A stretch of 64,000 nucleotides of DNA from Haliotis cracherodii (taxonomy: Eukaryota): assembly GCF_022045235.1 (NCBI RefSeq), contig NW_027266341.1:52266001-52330000 (forward strand), read 5' to 3'. Numbering within the stretch: position 1 is the first letter of the stretch; each line of letters opens with the position of its first letter. This document shows positions 12,161 through 25,348 of this stretch, piece by piece. Under the pieces are notes generated by a model that had not been told where the DNA came from, searched no databases, and worked only from the letters and a program-made list of their open reading frames with translations. A program made the translations under genes and the position numbers.

Positions 12161-13329
12161 TAAGAGAATTTACTTTTCTAAGAACGCGTGAAAGTGTCGA
12201 CTAGCAGTCTGTAGATGTAATTCCCCAGTTGCACTCTAACCATATATAACCCAGTCACGTCTTCTACGCTAAAATCTACTGTAAAAAAGATTCCATGGAA
12301 ACAAACACGATCCAGATTGACGCGGATTGGTATACATTAAGTAATTTGACGACTGTTAACTGTAATCCACTCTAAGATCACCGCTAAATGATTCATCACT
12401 GAAAGGTCTCAACCCACGTGCCCATTTACACGTAAATTACTCTCAGAGGATGAAGAAAGACAACAACGATTGTCCCGGGATTTGTTTAATTGTTCACTTC
12501 TTCCAACCCACGAAGTGTCCGCGTCTAAAGCACTCAATGTTGTTATGACCGTCACCACGATTGCTATACTGACCGCCTATGTGATCGACAGTGTTCAAAT
12601 TCTCAGCTCGGTTTACATTGTGTATATTTAGTGTATCTATTGGCATACAGCAACAGTCTGGACACCGTGACCACAGTACCAGGATGCCATTTCGATTAGA
12701 AGTTGGCGTGGCCTTCACAGCCAAGACGTCTTCTTAAAGGTCAAGTGTAGATGAATTAGACTTCTTAAGCGCCATACACTCTGTTTGATATATGAATGTG
12801 ATCTGGTTACTCTAAGTGCCATTTACTTCAAAGTGGTAATTATTCTCCAATCACTTGAAACATTACGATATTGGACGAATATTGGACGTGTGTCCAGACG
12901 TTTTGTATCTAAGAAGGACGGCATATCTTACAGCGGTCAGGTAACGCAGACACGTTAAGATGTAAAGAGGATGTTACAATAACGCCAAACGAGAAAAAAG
13001 TATCAACGAATAATTATTTTAATATTGTTCATACACTGCTTATCGTTTAACGCCGCTGCAATATTACATCTACACTACGGTGTACCAAACACAAAATGCT
13101 GTCAGTAATGATATTCAAATAATTTTTGTATAAACAGTGAATCGCATCAAACAAGATATAACGTCACCTTAAGAAACAAGCAAGTGGAAGTCCAGCTTCA
13201 TCAGTCAACCCAAAAAATCAACACTTAAAAAAATCAACACTTAAAAAAACAAAAAAACAAAAACGGAGCGTGTCGAGCCCAACTACAAAGAATTACACAT
13301 GTACCAAAAAAAAGGAAATGTTGAAAATA

Positions 13330-13553
13330 AATATCAGGGTGAGGCTGTAAATAGGTTTTTCAATATGGTTACCATGGATTCGAAAATCTTGAAGAAATTG
13401 TAGTGTCATCTTTGGTGCGAACATGTAGGTGATTAAGAAGCACAGCTTCATTGGTCCAGTGGTTTCTCGGGATAAGATGTTTTCGATGCGCACGGGCGCC
13501 GGAAAAAAAGGCTATGCCATCAGCTCACATGCCTTTCAGTCAGGTGAGCTAAG
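13330..13553 (-). mobile_element. 5' end of a probable non-autonomous Helentron/HINE-type element
   Basis: On the minus strand ttagctcacctg...gtgagct (subterminal repeat plus short inverted repeat), then gaaaccactggaccaat. This layout resembles my recollection of mollusc Helitron-N/HINE elements; the 3' end was not found. Confidence 0.5.
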
Positions 13554-13554
13554 A

Positions 13555-14053
13555 GTGATTAAGTGAGTATAGTTTTATAGTAAAATGCAACCATGCTTTT
13601 TGTGTGGTCAGGCTTGCTGACTTGGTTGATGTATGTCATCATATCCCAGTTGCGTGGATCGATGTTCATGATGTCAATCACTGGAATGTCTGGTCCAGAC
13701 TCGATTATTTACAGACTTCCGTCATAAAGCTGGAATATTGCTGAGTGCGGCGTTAAATATTCCCATTAAAGTTCAACTTAATTTTTCATTGAATGACATA
13801 CACGCAGTAAGGTGTGTTACTTAAAGAATATAACGTGGTATATGTAGAAAATATCAGATCACTGGATATATTATTTCGTTTGTACGAGTGAGTGAGTGAG
13901 TATGGTTTTACGCCGCTTTTAGCATTACTCCAGCAATATCACGGCAGGGGACACCGGAAAATGGGCTTCGCACATTGTACCCATGTGGGGAATCGAACAC
14001 GGGTCTTCGGTGTGACGAGCCAACGCTTTAACCGCCAGGCTACCCCGTCACCC
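13555..14053 (-). mobile_element. Composite insertion: SINE A plus unique flank plus antisense B fragment plus second tail; inverted paralog of 6325-6778
   Basis: 14-bp TSD caggtgagctaaga (13541-13554, 14054-14067); contains the non-repeat spacer gtacaaacgaaataatatatccagtgatctga that also occurs at 6487. Confidence 0.9.
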
Positions 14054-15508
14054 CAGGTGAGCTAAGAATCATTCAACGTATAATTATTTAATAGTGTTTA
14101 TCAACATAAGGTACCATGTCAGAATTGGTAATCTTAAAATCAGGATGTATTCCTTCAAGTTTTTTTTCTGACTCCCCCTGAAGGAAATTTGATTAAAAGC
14201 AAACACTTTTCTGTCACATTCCATGGAAACATTCGCTTCAGGATAATGAGTCTTGTAATATGAAACATCGTACACGAATAACAGGATTCCACTGGCACCG
14301 TCTGTTTTAGCTGGTATTTATAAACCATATCCCTAAACAAACACTTCGATCATATAGATAGACCAAATAAACAAACCAAAAGCCGTTTTATCTCCCTAAT
14401 GTGCGAGTATTTGAACCATCGGTTGGACATAGATACATCGCTTCTCATGATCGTTCTAATCATGGGACGCAGAGTTCTTTTAATGTATGTTTTCCTTGTG
14501 AGAGACGCCCATTACCACTTCATGGCGGTAATTTGGAAGCTAATCAAAAGGTACTATCTACAATGCTCTAATTCCTATATAGAATCATAGGCATTCATCA
14601 TTCCTGTCACGTGTGATAAACGTACCATCGATAACGTTCCAGTACAGTGGCAATACATATTACTTGTTTCGCTACATTATTACCCATCGGTAGGAACTGT
14701 TCACGTGGAAAATCGTCAATACCTCAAATGTAACTTCTTCCGGTTTTCACTTCAAAAAGCGAGAAGGGCACCACTAGCATAACGTCTATGCTTTAAAATA
14801 CACAGGCTTTTAAAACTGGTTTATCGTACGAAGTTCGTGTTCTACATCTTAGTCGTTTGTTATGACGGAAGGTCGTAATAATGACTCCAGTCTATCGTAC
14901 AATGGAATACCCAGACGCACCCTCGTTGCAAGATTCACATTTCACCTCTAATAATGTCAGCATGTCAATTACCAGAGAGCGGAATGACACTGCAACAATA
15001 TACAATGTATAACTATTCGCTAAACCTGAACCAGAACTGGTCCCTCTAGGCTGGGTAAAGCAATTTATTCCAGATAATTGCAAAACACTGGTTTGATTTT
15101 TTGTCGTGACATGGCTTGTCCTATTTGTCTTCTTATTGCGCTAAAATTCAATTGCAGTCTTCATTTCTGCAGCAACCTGGTGCCAGGAACTATTTGAAAA
15201 GAATGAAGACAGAATGGTCTCCACATTGGCAGAAATGAACCAATTTACAATATCACTATCTGATTGCCGCCCCAAGCGCCAATACTGACAACTACCAACT
15301 TGATGAAAATTGAAACATACAGAGCTTGCTCCTAACCCCGAAGAAGTAAAGGTTTCAATGGAAAAACGCGAAGCATCCAATAACACTAAACGGCTACTCA
15401 TAGGCACATTGTCACTGTCATGTTTGTAGAAACGTACCGTTAACATTGTAAAAAGGTTTCTTCACAGGGCGAAACAACGTAATGGCATGTTTGTATACTA
15501 ATAGAAGG

Positions 15509-15768
15509 TTGGCTGGTTGGTTGGTTGGTTTGTTGTTTAACGCCGCACTCAGCAATATTCCAGCTATATGACGGCGGTCTGGACCAGACAATCCAGCGAT
15601 TAATATCATGAGCATCGATCCACGTAATTGGGATCGATTACATGCATCAAACAAGTCAGCGGGCCTAACCACCCGATCCCGTTAGTCGCCCCTTCCGACA
15701 AGCATGGTCGCCTTTTGCGGCAAGCATGGGTTGCTGAAGACAAATTTTAACCCGGATCTTCACGGGCA
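15509..15768 (-). mobile_element. Family B element, full length
   Basis: TSD taatagaagg. Confidence 0.92.
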
Positions 15769-15922
15769 TAATAGAAGGACGGTAATACTCAGCGAAAAGA
15801 TGTTGTAAACCTACCAACAAAGTCCTTTGGGATTTGAATCTCATTTCAAATACCAGTATTGAACCATTAAATCTAGTGATTTAAAATATTTATACCAGGT
15901 GTGGTTATTTAAGTCAACTTAC

Positions 15923-16041
15923 CCAGGTATTCAGAACATACTTCCGCCATGCGCACAACCAGGTTGTCATCGACCTGACTATGACGTAATGTCAGGTCAC
16001 TGCACTGGATATCAAAGTCGGTGGGGAAGAAATCTTGGGAC
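15923..16041 (-). CDS. Soluble guanylate cyclase exon (H-NOX; SQDFFPTDFDIQCSDLTLRHSQVDDNLVVRMAEVCSEYL-G)
   Basis: 119-nt exon with acceptor ttcattttcttgcag and donor G|gtaagt; phases 2/1 fit both neighbours. VDDNLVVRMAEVCSEYLG aligns with beta1 YDDSKTYDLVAAASKVLN. Confidence 0.88.
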
Positions 16042-16243
16042 CTGCAAGAAAATGAAGTTGCTTTTACAGGTGTTGATCTTACGCGACTGAAATGTGATTT
16101 CTGGTATTGCATATGTCTATCTATTATAACAGGGAAGAAGCGAATGCTGCCCCAAACTTGTGGTTGGTATTATGAGCATCGCCACGTGACGTCGATTACA
16201 GACCAACATCCTGACATGCAACCCAGTCTTGCGACAAACACCT

Positions 16244-16387
16244 AGTATGGTTGTATGCCGCTTTTAGCAATATCACGGCGGGGGACACGAGAAATAGGCT
16301 TCACACATTGTACCCATGTCGGGAATCGAACTCGGGTCTTCGGCGTGACGAGCGAACGCTTTAACCACTAGTCTACCCCACTGCCCC
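16244..16387 (-). mobile_element. SINE family A
   Basis: Matches the A consensus with a small deletion. Confidence 0.88.
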
Positions 16388-16539
16388 GGTAAGTCAGTAA
16401 ACAGTGCAAATGACAACTAACGATATTTCAGAGTCAATATTATGTTTCATCTCCTGTGACAATTAAAGTGCCTAAATATAAATTGAAACAGACCCCCAGA
16501 GCGTCGGGTTCACATATCGAACATTGTGTTACAGTTATA

Positions 16540-16681
16540 CTGTAAAGTACGTTTGTAACGAAAACGCTTATAACGAAATGACCAATATAACGAACTTAAG
16601 TTTTAGTCCCGGGCATTTGTTGAAAAATGATGTATTTATGCTTAGTGGTCCCTTTGAGTTCGTTATAACCGTAGTTCACTG
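16540..16681. mobile_element. Tc1/mariner (pogo/Tigger-like) MITE, internally deleted copy
   Basis: Homologous to 39898, 59945 and 61025; repeated ttataacgaa motif. Confidence 0.8.
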
Positions 16682-17199
16682 CATTTTGTATTGTCCTTCT
16701 GGACCATGTTCGTCAACAAAGGTCCTTCCAATGGTAGAAACATTACTCAGAGATTCTGACGGAACCATTAGATTGATTCCATTTTTAAACCTTACTGCAC
16801 TGATGCAGTGACGTAATTGACATACACATGGAACGGTTTGGGATTTCAGATCAATCAGCATGAATAACTGTGAATTGAGTTAATCAAATATGACAGTTAC
16901 AAAATGTATTTTTACAAAGAAAAAGAGTGTTTCCCGCGAGTTATAGCTCTCATTCAATACATGTCATTTAATATTTGCAAAATGAAGAGAAAAGAAAAAA
17001 CCCAAAGAATTATTACGATAAGGCGTCGAGACAGGATCTTTATGATTAATGTTGAGTGGATGCACGTTGCGTAGATCATTAAAGGTCCTGGCATGATCAA
17101 ACTCCTCTCAAATGTTTCACAGCACGTTCGAGGCTAATAGACCACGCATCCCTCGCTGCATTTCCAGAGCAGAAAAAAACATCTCCATCTACTATTACA

Positions 17200-17627
17200 C
17201 AACCACCATATACCTGTAGACAACCACCACATACTTGTAGACAACCACCATATACCTGTAGCCAACCACCATATACCTGTAGACAATCACCATATACCTG
17301 TATATGCATGTAGACAACCACCATATACCTGTAGACAACCACCATATACCTGTAGACAATCACCATATACCTGTAGACAACCACCACATACTTGTAGACA
17401 ACCACCATATACCTGTAGACAACCACCATATATCTGTAGATAACCACCATATACCTGTAGACAACACCATATACCTGTAGACAACCACCATATACCTGTA
17501 GACAACCACCATATACCTGTAGACAACCATCGTATACTTGTAGACAACCACCACATACTTGTAGACAACCACCATATACTTGTAGACAACCACCACATAC
17601 TTGTAGACAACCACCATGTACCTGTAC
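17200..17627. repeat. 21-bp minisatellite (caaccaccatatacctgtaga), about 20 units
   Basis: Direct tandem array; explains three overlapping low-complexity ORFs. Confidence 0.95.
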
Positions 17628-18773
17628 ACGCCCTCTACATAAATTCCCAAGATCACAACATACTTCCACACATCACCCGTAAGTCTGTACATGTCTGTTC
17701 AGTCGTTCATCACCAGCAGATAACCATTTCTTGCTTGTTTAATTTTAGCACCATCAAACATGGGTGTAAACATTTTAGTTCAGTTATTAAAAATTTAACA
17801 TCACAATCTAGACCACTAAATGATCACGCATCTGTTTAACGTTTATAAAAATGTCATAGGCCACCACAACGTCTTTGCATGAGTTTGGATAAACAACTGA
17901 GTATTGATGGTAAATGCCTCTATAGTGATTGTACAAAAATAAATCAGTTGTATCTGTTCAAGGAATAATAAGGAAGTAGCGTGAACGTTGCCAAGCATGT
18001 CTCCAGTTAACACTCTCTAACGGTGCGGTATGCCTTGACACGCCGGACGATTGGTTCTCTGGGGCAGAAAACAGATAAAGTGAGGAACATGCAAATCTAT
18101 CCCCCAGGTGGTGCCACATGCACCGCATCAAGCGCAATCAGCAGTCATTAGCTTCCACGATGTACACTATAGCCGTTATTAAAGCAGGATTTGTAGCTGT
18201 GTGTTCCTCCGACCACCCAAGGCTAAGTTATAGGTGATGTATTATCAGATTATGCACTGATATGGTTAGGAGATGACGAGGAGGATTTCCGCTGGTGTCC
18301 CGGGGGAATTCATATCAAAAGACCTTGTTAACCACGAAGGTCTTATAGAAATGTAAACACGTACAAAGGGTAAAATACAGATTCAACAATTTGTTGCAAA
18401 TTAACAGGCCATGCAAATAAACGTAATTAAAATGGCTAATGTGACGTACACGTACTTTACAAGACAGTGGCATGGATGTGTTCACGATATGGTTATGGCC
18501 CGACAATAAAATCTTCGAATTTCAATACTTTAAATAAAAATACAAAATAGTTCCATGGTCTCATATTTTTGCAATTTCTGTTAATTTGGATTTCTATCGT
18601 TGAGTGTAAATGTGAAACGTCAACGCCGGGTGATAGCCAATCTGGATGCAGATTCCATTTGGCGTAAAATGCAAAATAGCGATGAAAATTATATGAATGG
18701 ATCACTGAACACCATGTATTCGCGAATAGGGTATGGTGTGCGGTTGATCCTTGATTTCTACATACGCCCAAGC

Positions 18774-19056
18774 GGGGGCACGGGTGGCCCAGCCGTCTAA
18801 GGCGCCGCGATTTGCTGTGCAGAGTTGCTTCCCTTGGGCACGACAGAAACCTATGATTGTGGGTTCGGATCCCGGCTCGCCCCGATTATGTTTCTAGGTT
18901 TGTCAGCACCACACCCGTGTTCGTGGGTTTCACCGAAATGGTAAACGTCTTAGACCTTCATCACTTCAGGCTTTCCTCCCACATTAAGCTGACACCCCGT
19001 GATATAACTGGAATACTGTTAAAAGCGGTGTTAAACCCAACTCACTCACTCACTCA
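18774..19056 (+). mobile_element. SINE family D, full length
   Basis: TSD catac(g/a)cccaagc. Confidence 0.92.
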
Positions 19057-22000
19057 CATACACCCAAGCAGCGTGATCAAGGACATTTTTCACTGCACAA
19101 AGATCATAACGAGTGAACAGTCCAAACTAGGTTTGTGTTAATGTCTTGGCGTTTCCGTCATTGTAATGTTAATAGGATATGTCAAAATTATGAGCGAAAC
19201 ATTATCGTACAAGTTTTTGAAGAAAAGGTGGGCACTTGGCGAGCTTGGTGACGAGTGTGTGAGTTGATTTAACAGTACTGAACAGTATTTCAGTTTTGTC
19301 TTCGTGCGTCACCATGATGTTGGAGAAATTCCCCAAGCGTTGCAGTTCTTAGACGTTTACCAATTTGGTGGAACCCGATCATGGGTATGGTGCTGACAAA
19401 CCTAGAAACACTCAAAGCCAAACAATATTCGGCACCATGATCTGGTAGGCCTAAGGAACGCAATCCAGCACATTATACTGAGGTTGCCTCAGACAACTGG
19501 GACATCCGTGATCCCGAGAGCTAGAAGACAAGATGTGTTCAAATAGCCGTCAGAAAGTAATGCATATGAATGTAGGTAGCTTGATAAATCAAAGTAGTCA
19601 GTAAGACTAGAATGAAAGCTTGGACGCTAAAATTAGCTCCAAATCTTCCAGGCAATCTTCAATAAACAATAATACGCATATCACATTTGCCCTAGAGCAA
19701 CACATTGGGAATGTTACTTTATAGGAGCTGTCGCTAAGGTAACATCACATCAAATTTTCTTATTTCCGAATAGAATGCAAAAACATTCCATTTTACTTGA
19801 TTGCTTTTTCGAAGGTGCGCTTAGAAAATTTGTCCACTCTATCATCGTGATGCCATGGCGTGTGTGTCCAACATGTGTTTTAGTTGCACTTTAGGTGTCT
19901 TTAAGATTGACAAAACCATTTAATTTGCTTCGAAATGCTACTAAATCTGAAAACACCTTTCTCCAATACTCCGAAAATACTCACTGCTTCACAAAACCAC
20001 AACCATGTAGTTGTATAATGAAAAATGGCGTCAAAAAGTTTTAATTTGTTTTAGGAGTTTCGTTATAACTTTAATTTCAACCCTGAGTGAAATGATGGCG
20101 TTCTATAAGACACCCGATAGCGCTGAAACATTCTCCACGGCTTCCCAATTACTGCAATGGTCCAATGTTAACTTGGAGCATGTACCAATAACAGGAAGAT
20201 TTCTACAACAAAATGCCGTCGTCTTGATAAACCAGTGATAACCATCAGCACTGATATAATGATGAAAAATGACACAATTATCACTTTGAGATGAGGCTGG
20301 GAGGAACTCTGTCTGACGGGGAAGACAAAGAACACTATCAAATGTGCAGACAGCGATTATCTCAGAGCCGCTGGAATCGACCATTGAGCTGTTGAGTGAC
20401 ATTCCATCTAATGATGATTGAACGATCAGCTACACCCTACACGTCTTTGCTAACCAAAGATATCTGGTTGTCTTATTCATGTGGCCATGACTTGGGTAAC
20501 TGTATTCAATAATTGTCTAAATATTTGCTATGATTACTGCCTTAATCATCTCACCAATCTTGACATTTTGGCTACTTGCTACATGAAAAACATGTAGACA
20601 TACTTTTTTATACAAAAACTAAGATGAGGATATAAACTTGCCCAAAGCATCAAAGCAACAAAATTATAATAATTCAAATCATGAGATTTAAATAAAACAG
20701 TGTATGTTTTGATGTGCGAATTTAGACCATATCGGACAGAGAAATGCTCCTTTGAGTATAATCAGTGAGTGTTTTGATAACCTTTGTAAAACCCAATTAT
20801 AATGAACATATTATTTTCTATGTACAAAAAGTTTAACTGATTTGTTTTAAACATCATTCAACACACTCCTGGACCAAATGACAGAAATGGAGATAGCACG
20901 GCGAAGAATCCATTATGAAACGTTGATAAGACCCCTCAAAGAGGATAAAAAACCATCTTTCTTCATACCTTAGATTTAGAATGACTAAAAAATTAATTAA
21001 TTTCAAAAGAGAAATTTTAAGCGATCTATTTATAAATACAAGTTTTCATCAGTTTAATCATTCATGAAATAATACGTTATCAAGAGACGAAACAACTGAT
21101 GCATTTCTCTTAAGAAGACCGTCTTTGATGTTTGATTAGGAACATTCTAATATTATAAAAAACGTCCTATTGTTTTCTCTCTAGAAAGGAGTCAATTTGT
21201 CCTTCGGTCGAAATCCACTTTTAATCTGAATGCGTCATTACCTTTGATACACATGTGTTGAAAAATAACCCGTCACATATCCGAAAATTCCCGAATGACA
21301 TATTCACTCGGATTTCACAAAAGAAAAGTACTCTGTGTAACGTGTTCCCTTGATAATGGATTAAACAGTGACCTCTGCTGAGACTCTTAACGGCCGCAGG
21401 CCAAGCTAAATCTATAATGAAAATCTGATATGGAAAAATCATTTCTTTTGATAATGCGTTGGACTTTTTCAGCCGCCTTTTAAGTAGGAAGTTTGTTATT
21501 TTAGATCACGGCCCCGCTGGAAGCTAAAAGACAGCGGTAGCACTATTTCACAAACTCAGCATCGTGATTAGAAAACACACCTTATATTGTGAAAACATCA
21601 AAGCAGCGTAAGGGGTGATCGATAGTAATCGGCATGCTGTCTGTATTACTTTATTTAAGGCTTTGAAATCATAGTTCCCATCAACATTTTGCCAAATCTC
21701 AAAGCGATAATCACTTCTGAATTGAAAATTATACACGCAACACACATTCAAATTACCTCCCTGTAAAACACTGCCGAAAAGTCCAAAACCTTTTGAAAAA
21801 TTAAATAAAAGCGACTAAACCCTTTGTTGGCCACAAGAAATCTCTGCTAAAAGGAGAGTCGTTTTACGATTGCGACTGCTGAAACAGGTTTTAACAGTCA
21901 TTCTTTGGTAACTTTGATACGATCTCAAGGACCTTTTTAGTCCAAATTCTGGGGTTGACATTACAGGTTATTTGACGTTAATTGGAATCGTAATTAAACC

Positions 22001-23559
22001 AAAGAAATAATACAAAGTGTTATCATGTTGGAGCGTAATTAGAATAACGAATGTGAAAAGTAGCAATGATCACAGCATCAAATACGTTGAAATACTTAAA
22101 GGTTTAAGAATACCTCTTAAATAAAGGGTTGACGGTGTTCCTATTCTCATGAATTGTTTGATGTGGAACCCGACACCACCTCAAGCAAACTCACGCGGAG
22201 CCAGCATTCTAATTCCTGGAAATAAAGACTGACAGTTCCGTGGTAGAGCTCTTGACGTGAACTAGCACTGCCCGTTAATGGCACCTCTCTTAAAGCGCAG
22301 TGATGAGACGTGATGGGGCGATGGGAAGATGGTGTCTGTCATTCATCTTCTTATGGATTGCGNNNNNNNNNNNNNNNNNNNNNNNNNNNNNNNNNNNNNN
22401 NNNNNNNNNNNNNNNNNNNNNNNNNNNNNNNNNNNNNNNNNNNNNNNNNNNNNNNNNNNNNNNNNNNNNNNNNNNNNNNNNNNNNNNNNNNNNNNNNNNN
22501 NNNNNNNNNNNNNNNNNNNNNNNNNNNNNNNNNNNNNNNNNNNNNNNNNNNNNNNNNACAGCTAAAGACGATTTTGTAGCATTAACGGCGGAGGACATGT
22601 TTCAGCAATAGTGAGTGGGTGAGTGAGTATGGTTTTACGTCGCTTTTAAGCAATATTCCAGCAATATCGGAGGAGAATTTTTTTTCAGCAATAACGGCGT
22701 ATGGCACCGCCTTGGATTCACAAACTACATCGTTGTATACTACAACGTTGTAATCGTACCCCGCTCTGACACACAAGAACAGTGATCATTAGACTACTTC
22801 AAAATAAAAAAATTCAATCAACACCAAAAACGTTTATTTTTAAATCGTATTTCGTTTGCAAATGAAGTTTTATTGAATTAAATAATATTGGGAAGGAGTA
22901 AGCCATTAGAGACTGCGGTGTAACTAATTACTTGGTAACTTGTTGATGAAGCTATTCGCAGACTCACTCACCAACCCAACCCTGACTCTCTCGATTCAGT
23001 AAGGTTGGCAGCGTTCATCAGAGCGCCATCAGATCAACACACGCTATGTATTTAGCCGAGCAGCTGATACTAATGGCAGTAATATGCTGTGTCTATCTCA
23101 TCCCTGTTTGATAATGGCTTCTACCTGACGGTCCATTTGCTCAGCTGGAACTGGGCACACGGTGAATACCACCACACGACACACAGGTCAGGGACCAGGT
23201 ACATCCTCTACAAGGGCCAGCAGCTGTTAGTAAGGTCAAGGTCAAAGTCATACGCCTACGTCCATGCCTAACTGCGTTATGACGCCCTTGTAAAAGTGGA
23301 CATGGCTTCTTATTAGTGTGCCGTGTGGTTGTATAGTGACCTGATTTGTTAATGTCGAGGCTGAGTTTTTCCCAAGAGTATCAACATTGACATCAAATGG
23401 TCGGTTATAACATGGACGCGTTGTACGATTTCAGGACATTGTATTTCCACCTGTAACACGTTGATGGTCTAGCTTCCCACACCATTATCATTCCACGGTA
23501 GATATGTTTGTGTTCTGTTGTGTCCATTTAATCAGGCCACTGATTATATTTATTCTCAC

Positions 23560-23633
23560 CTGAGGTGTTCCATAGCACCTGGCTTTTTGCTGTTTGTAAG
23601 CAACTTCTGAAGAGCCGTAAACACAAAGCCATT
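23560..23633 (-). CDS. Soluble guanylate cyclase, first identifiable coding exon (H-NOX N-terminus, NGFVFTALQKLLTNSKKPGAMEHL-R)
   Basis: 74-nt exon with acceptor tttcttttgttacag and donor AG|gtgaga. Translation aligns with the sGC beta1 start [25 protein letters not shown]. Its phase-2 end joins the next exon in frame (AG+G = Arg). Not the frame shown in the ORF track. Confidence 0.85.
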
Positions 23634-23923
23634 CTGTAACAAAAGAAATACATGTGCTAAATTGCAAACACACTTGATGGTATCATTGTCAAATGGTAGC
23701 ATTAGTTGTTACAAAGAAAATATTATAAATAGGTTAACTGTCGTGCTGGTTAATCAGATCCACCTGAATGCAAGTCTAGTTGGACATGTATGTAGACTCC
23801 ATAATTATATATGCTTTGTAAATACGAGCATTTAGAAATAATATCCTTTCACAAAATGAATTTTGATTTTGGTTCCTGCTTCCAACATGACCTTACATCT
23901 TGTGTGTATCGTCGTTTCACCAT

Positions 23924-24239
23924 GTGAGGTGAGGTGAGGTGAAGTGAGGTGAGGTGAGGTGAGATGAGATGAGATGAGATGAGATGAGGTGAGGTGAGGT
24001 AAAATGGGGTTTAACGTCGCGTTCAAGATTATTGCGCTTATGTAGCGACGTGCGTGCACGTGTGTGTGTATGTGGCTGCTTGTACTAGTCCGGACTGATG
24101 CCGATTTATAGTGCTAGCTCACTGAGATACCATGCCGCAGTTTAACATGAATAACCCACTCAGACACAGTATGCTGACTCCGAGCCGACCAGTCCTTGTT
24201 TTATCCTCTTAATGCCGAGCGCCAGACAGGGTAACAACA
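23924..24239 (-). mobile_element. SINE family C, 5'-truncated, with expanded (gaggt/gagat)n tail
   Basis: C body match; TSD about tttca(c/g)catgt. Confidence 0.9.
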
Positions 24240-25043
24240 CATTTCAGCATGTACCGCCGTTTGATATAGTGAAATATCAGTTATAACGAAACTTTTTTGA
24301 ATGTCAAACTCACTGCAAAAAACAGTGTTAATGTACATGCCTCCTTTTGATGTCATGAAGTCATTCAAGCTACAGTGTGCTATATGACACCGGACTGTAT
24401 GTGTTTTGAAGATATCCGGTATTGGTTATATGAATGTCTGCACTATATTATATATACAGGACTACATTGACCCTGATTAAAATCTAACTAACGCTTTGAA
24501 TAAATAAAACATAATACGTTAAACTAATAAATCCATAATAAAATATTTCTTTCTTGAACAAAACAATTAGACTAATCGATACGGAATAGGGAAGCGAGTT
24601 CTTATCGCAAAGGGACAATCCAACAACCAATGAAAAACATACGTCAAATCAATACGGAAGACCCGTTGTCTCTCCTACGGCAGTGGGCCTCGTCTAAAAA
24701 GTATTAAGCGCTCGGTCTATTATTAATTTAATTGATTTTAACCTGAGTGTACTGACTGGTTTTACAGAAGGTTTGCATGGTCCTTGGGGATGACGTTGGT
24801 GTTCGTTTAGCCTGCCGAGAAGATAACAGTATTTAAGATTTGTGTAATTCCAATGTTTGTGCGTAAATGTCTGTAAACATCGTCATCACTGCCGATAATA
24901 CCTTTGTATTATGCTGATTGGGGGTTAATGGGGAACAGTTGGTCAGATCTGACTTCATTATACAACTAAGCCTGGAATTATTCTGAATTAAGGATTTGAA
25001 GTTCGGCTTCCTCTCAATTAGTAGTTGTTTCTCTTTCAATAGG

Positions 25044-25348
25044 GACCGCCTCCGTGGTCTATTGGTAGAACGTCCGCCCGAAAAGCGGAAGGTCCGGGGT
25101 TCGATCCCCGGCCGCGTCATACCAAAAGACGTTAAAAGATGGTACTTGTTGTTACCCTGTCTGGCGCTCAGCATTAAGGGGCTAAAACAAGGACTGGTCG
25201 GCTCGGAGTCAGTATACTGTGTCTGAGTGGGGTATTCATGTTAAACTGCGGCATGGTATGTCACTGTGTTAGCACTTTAAATCGGCATCAGTCCGGACTA
25301 GTGCAAGTAGCCACACAAACACACACACGTCGCTATATAAGTGCAATA
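25044..25348 (+). mobile_element. SINE family C lacking its 3' tail
   Basis: Full head and body, stops at aagtgcaata; TSD caataggga. Confidence 0.9.

Noticed and set aside
17097-17692. ORFs with GGCLQVY / YMVVVYR repeats resembling a shell or cuticle protein
   Set aside because: They are a by-product of a stop-free 21-bp minisatellite open in three frames, with off-length units shifting the frame; the array is intronic to sGC.
20103-20402. ORF ending WEAVENVSALSG as a candidate sGC exon
   Set aside because: The donor (gtgtct) is poor; 15923-16041 has canonical sites, the correct phases and a better alignment.
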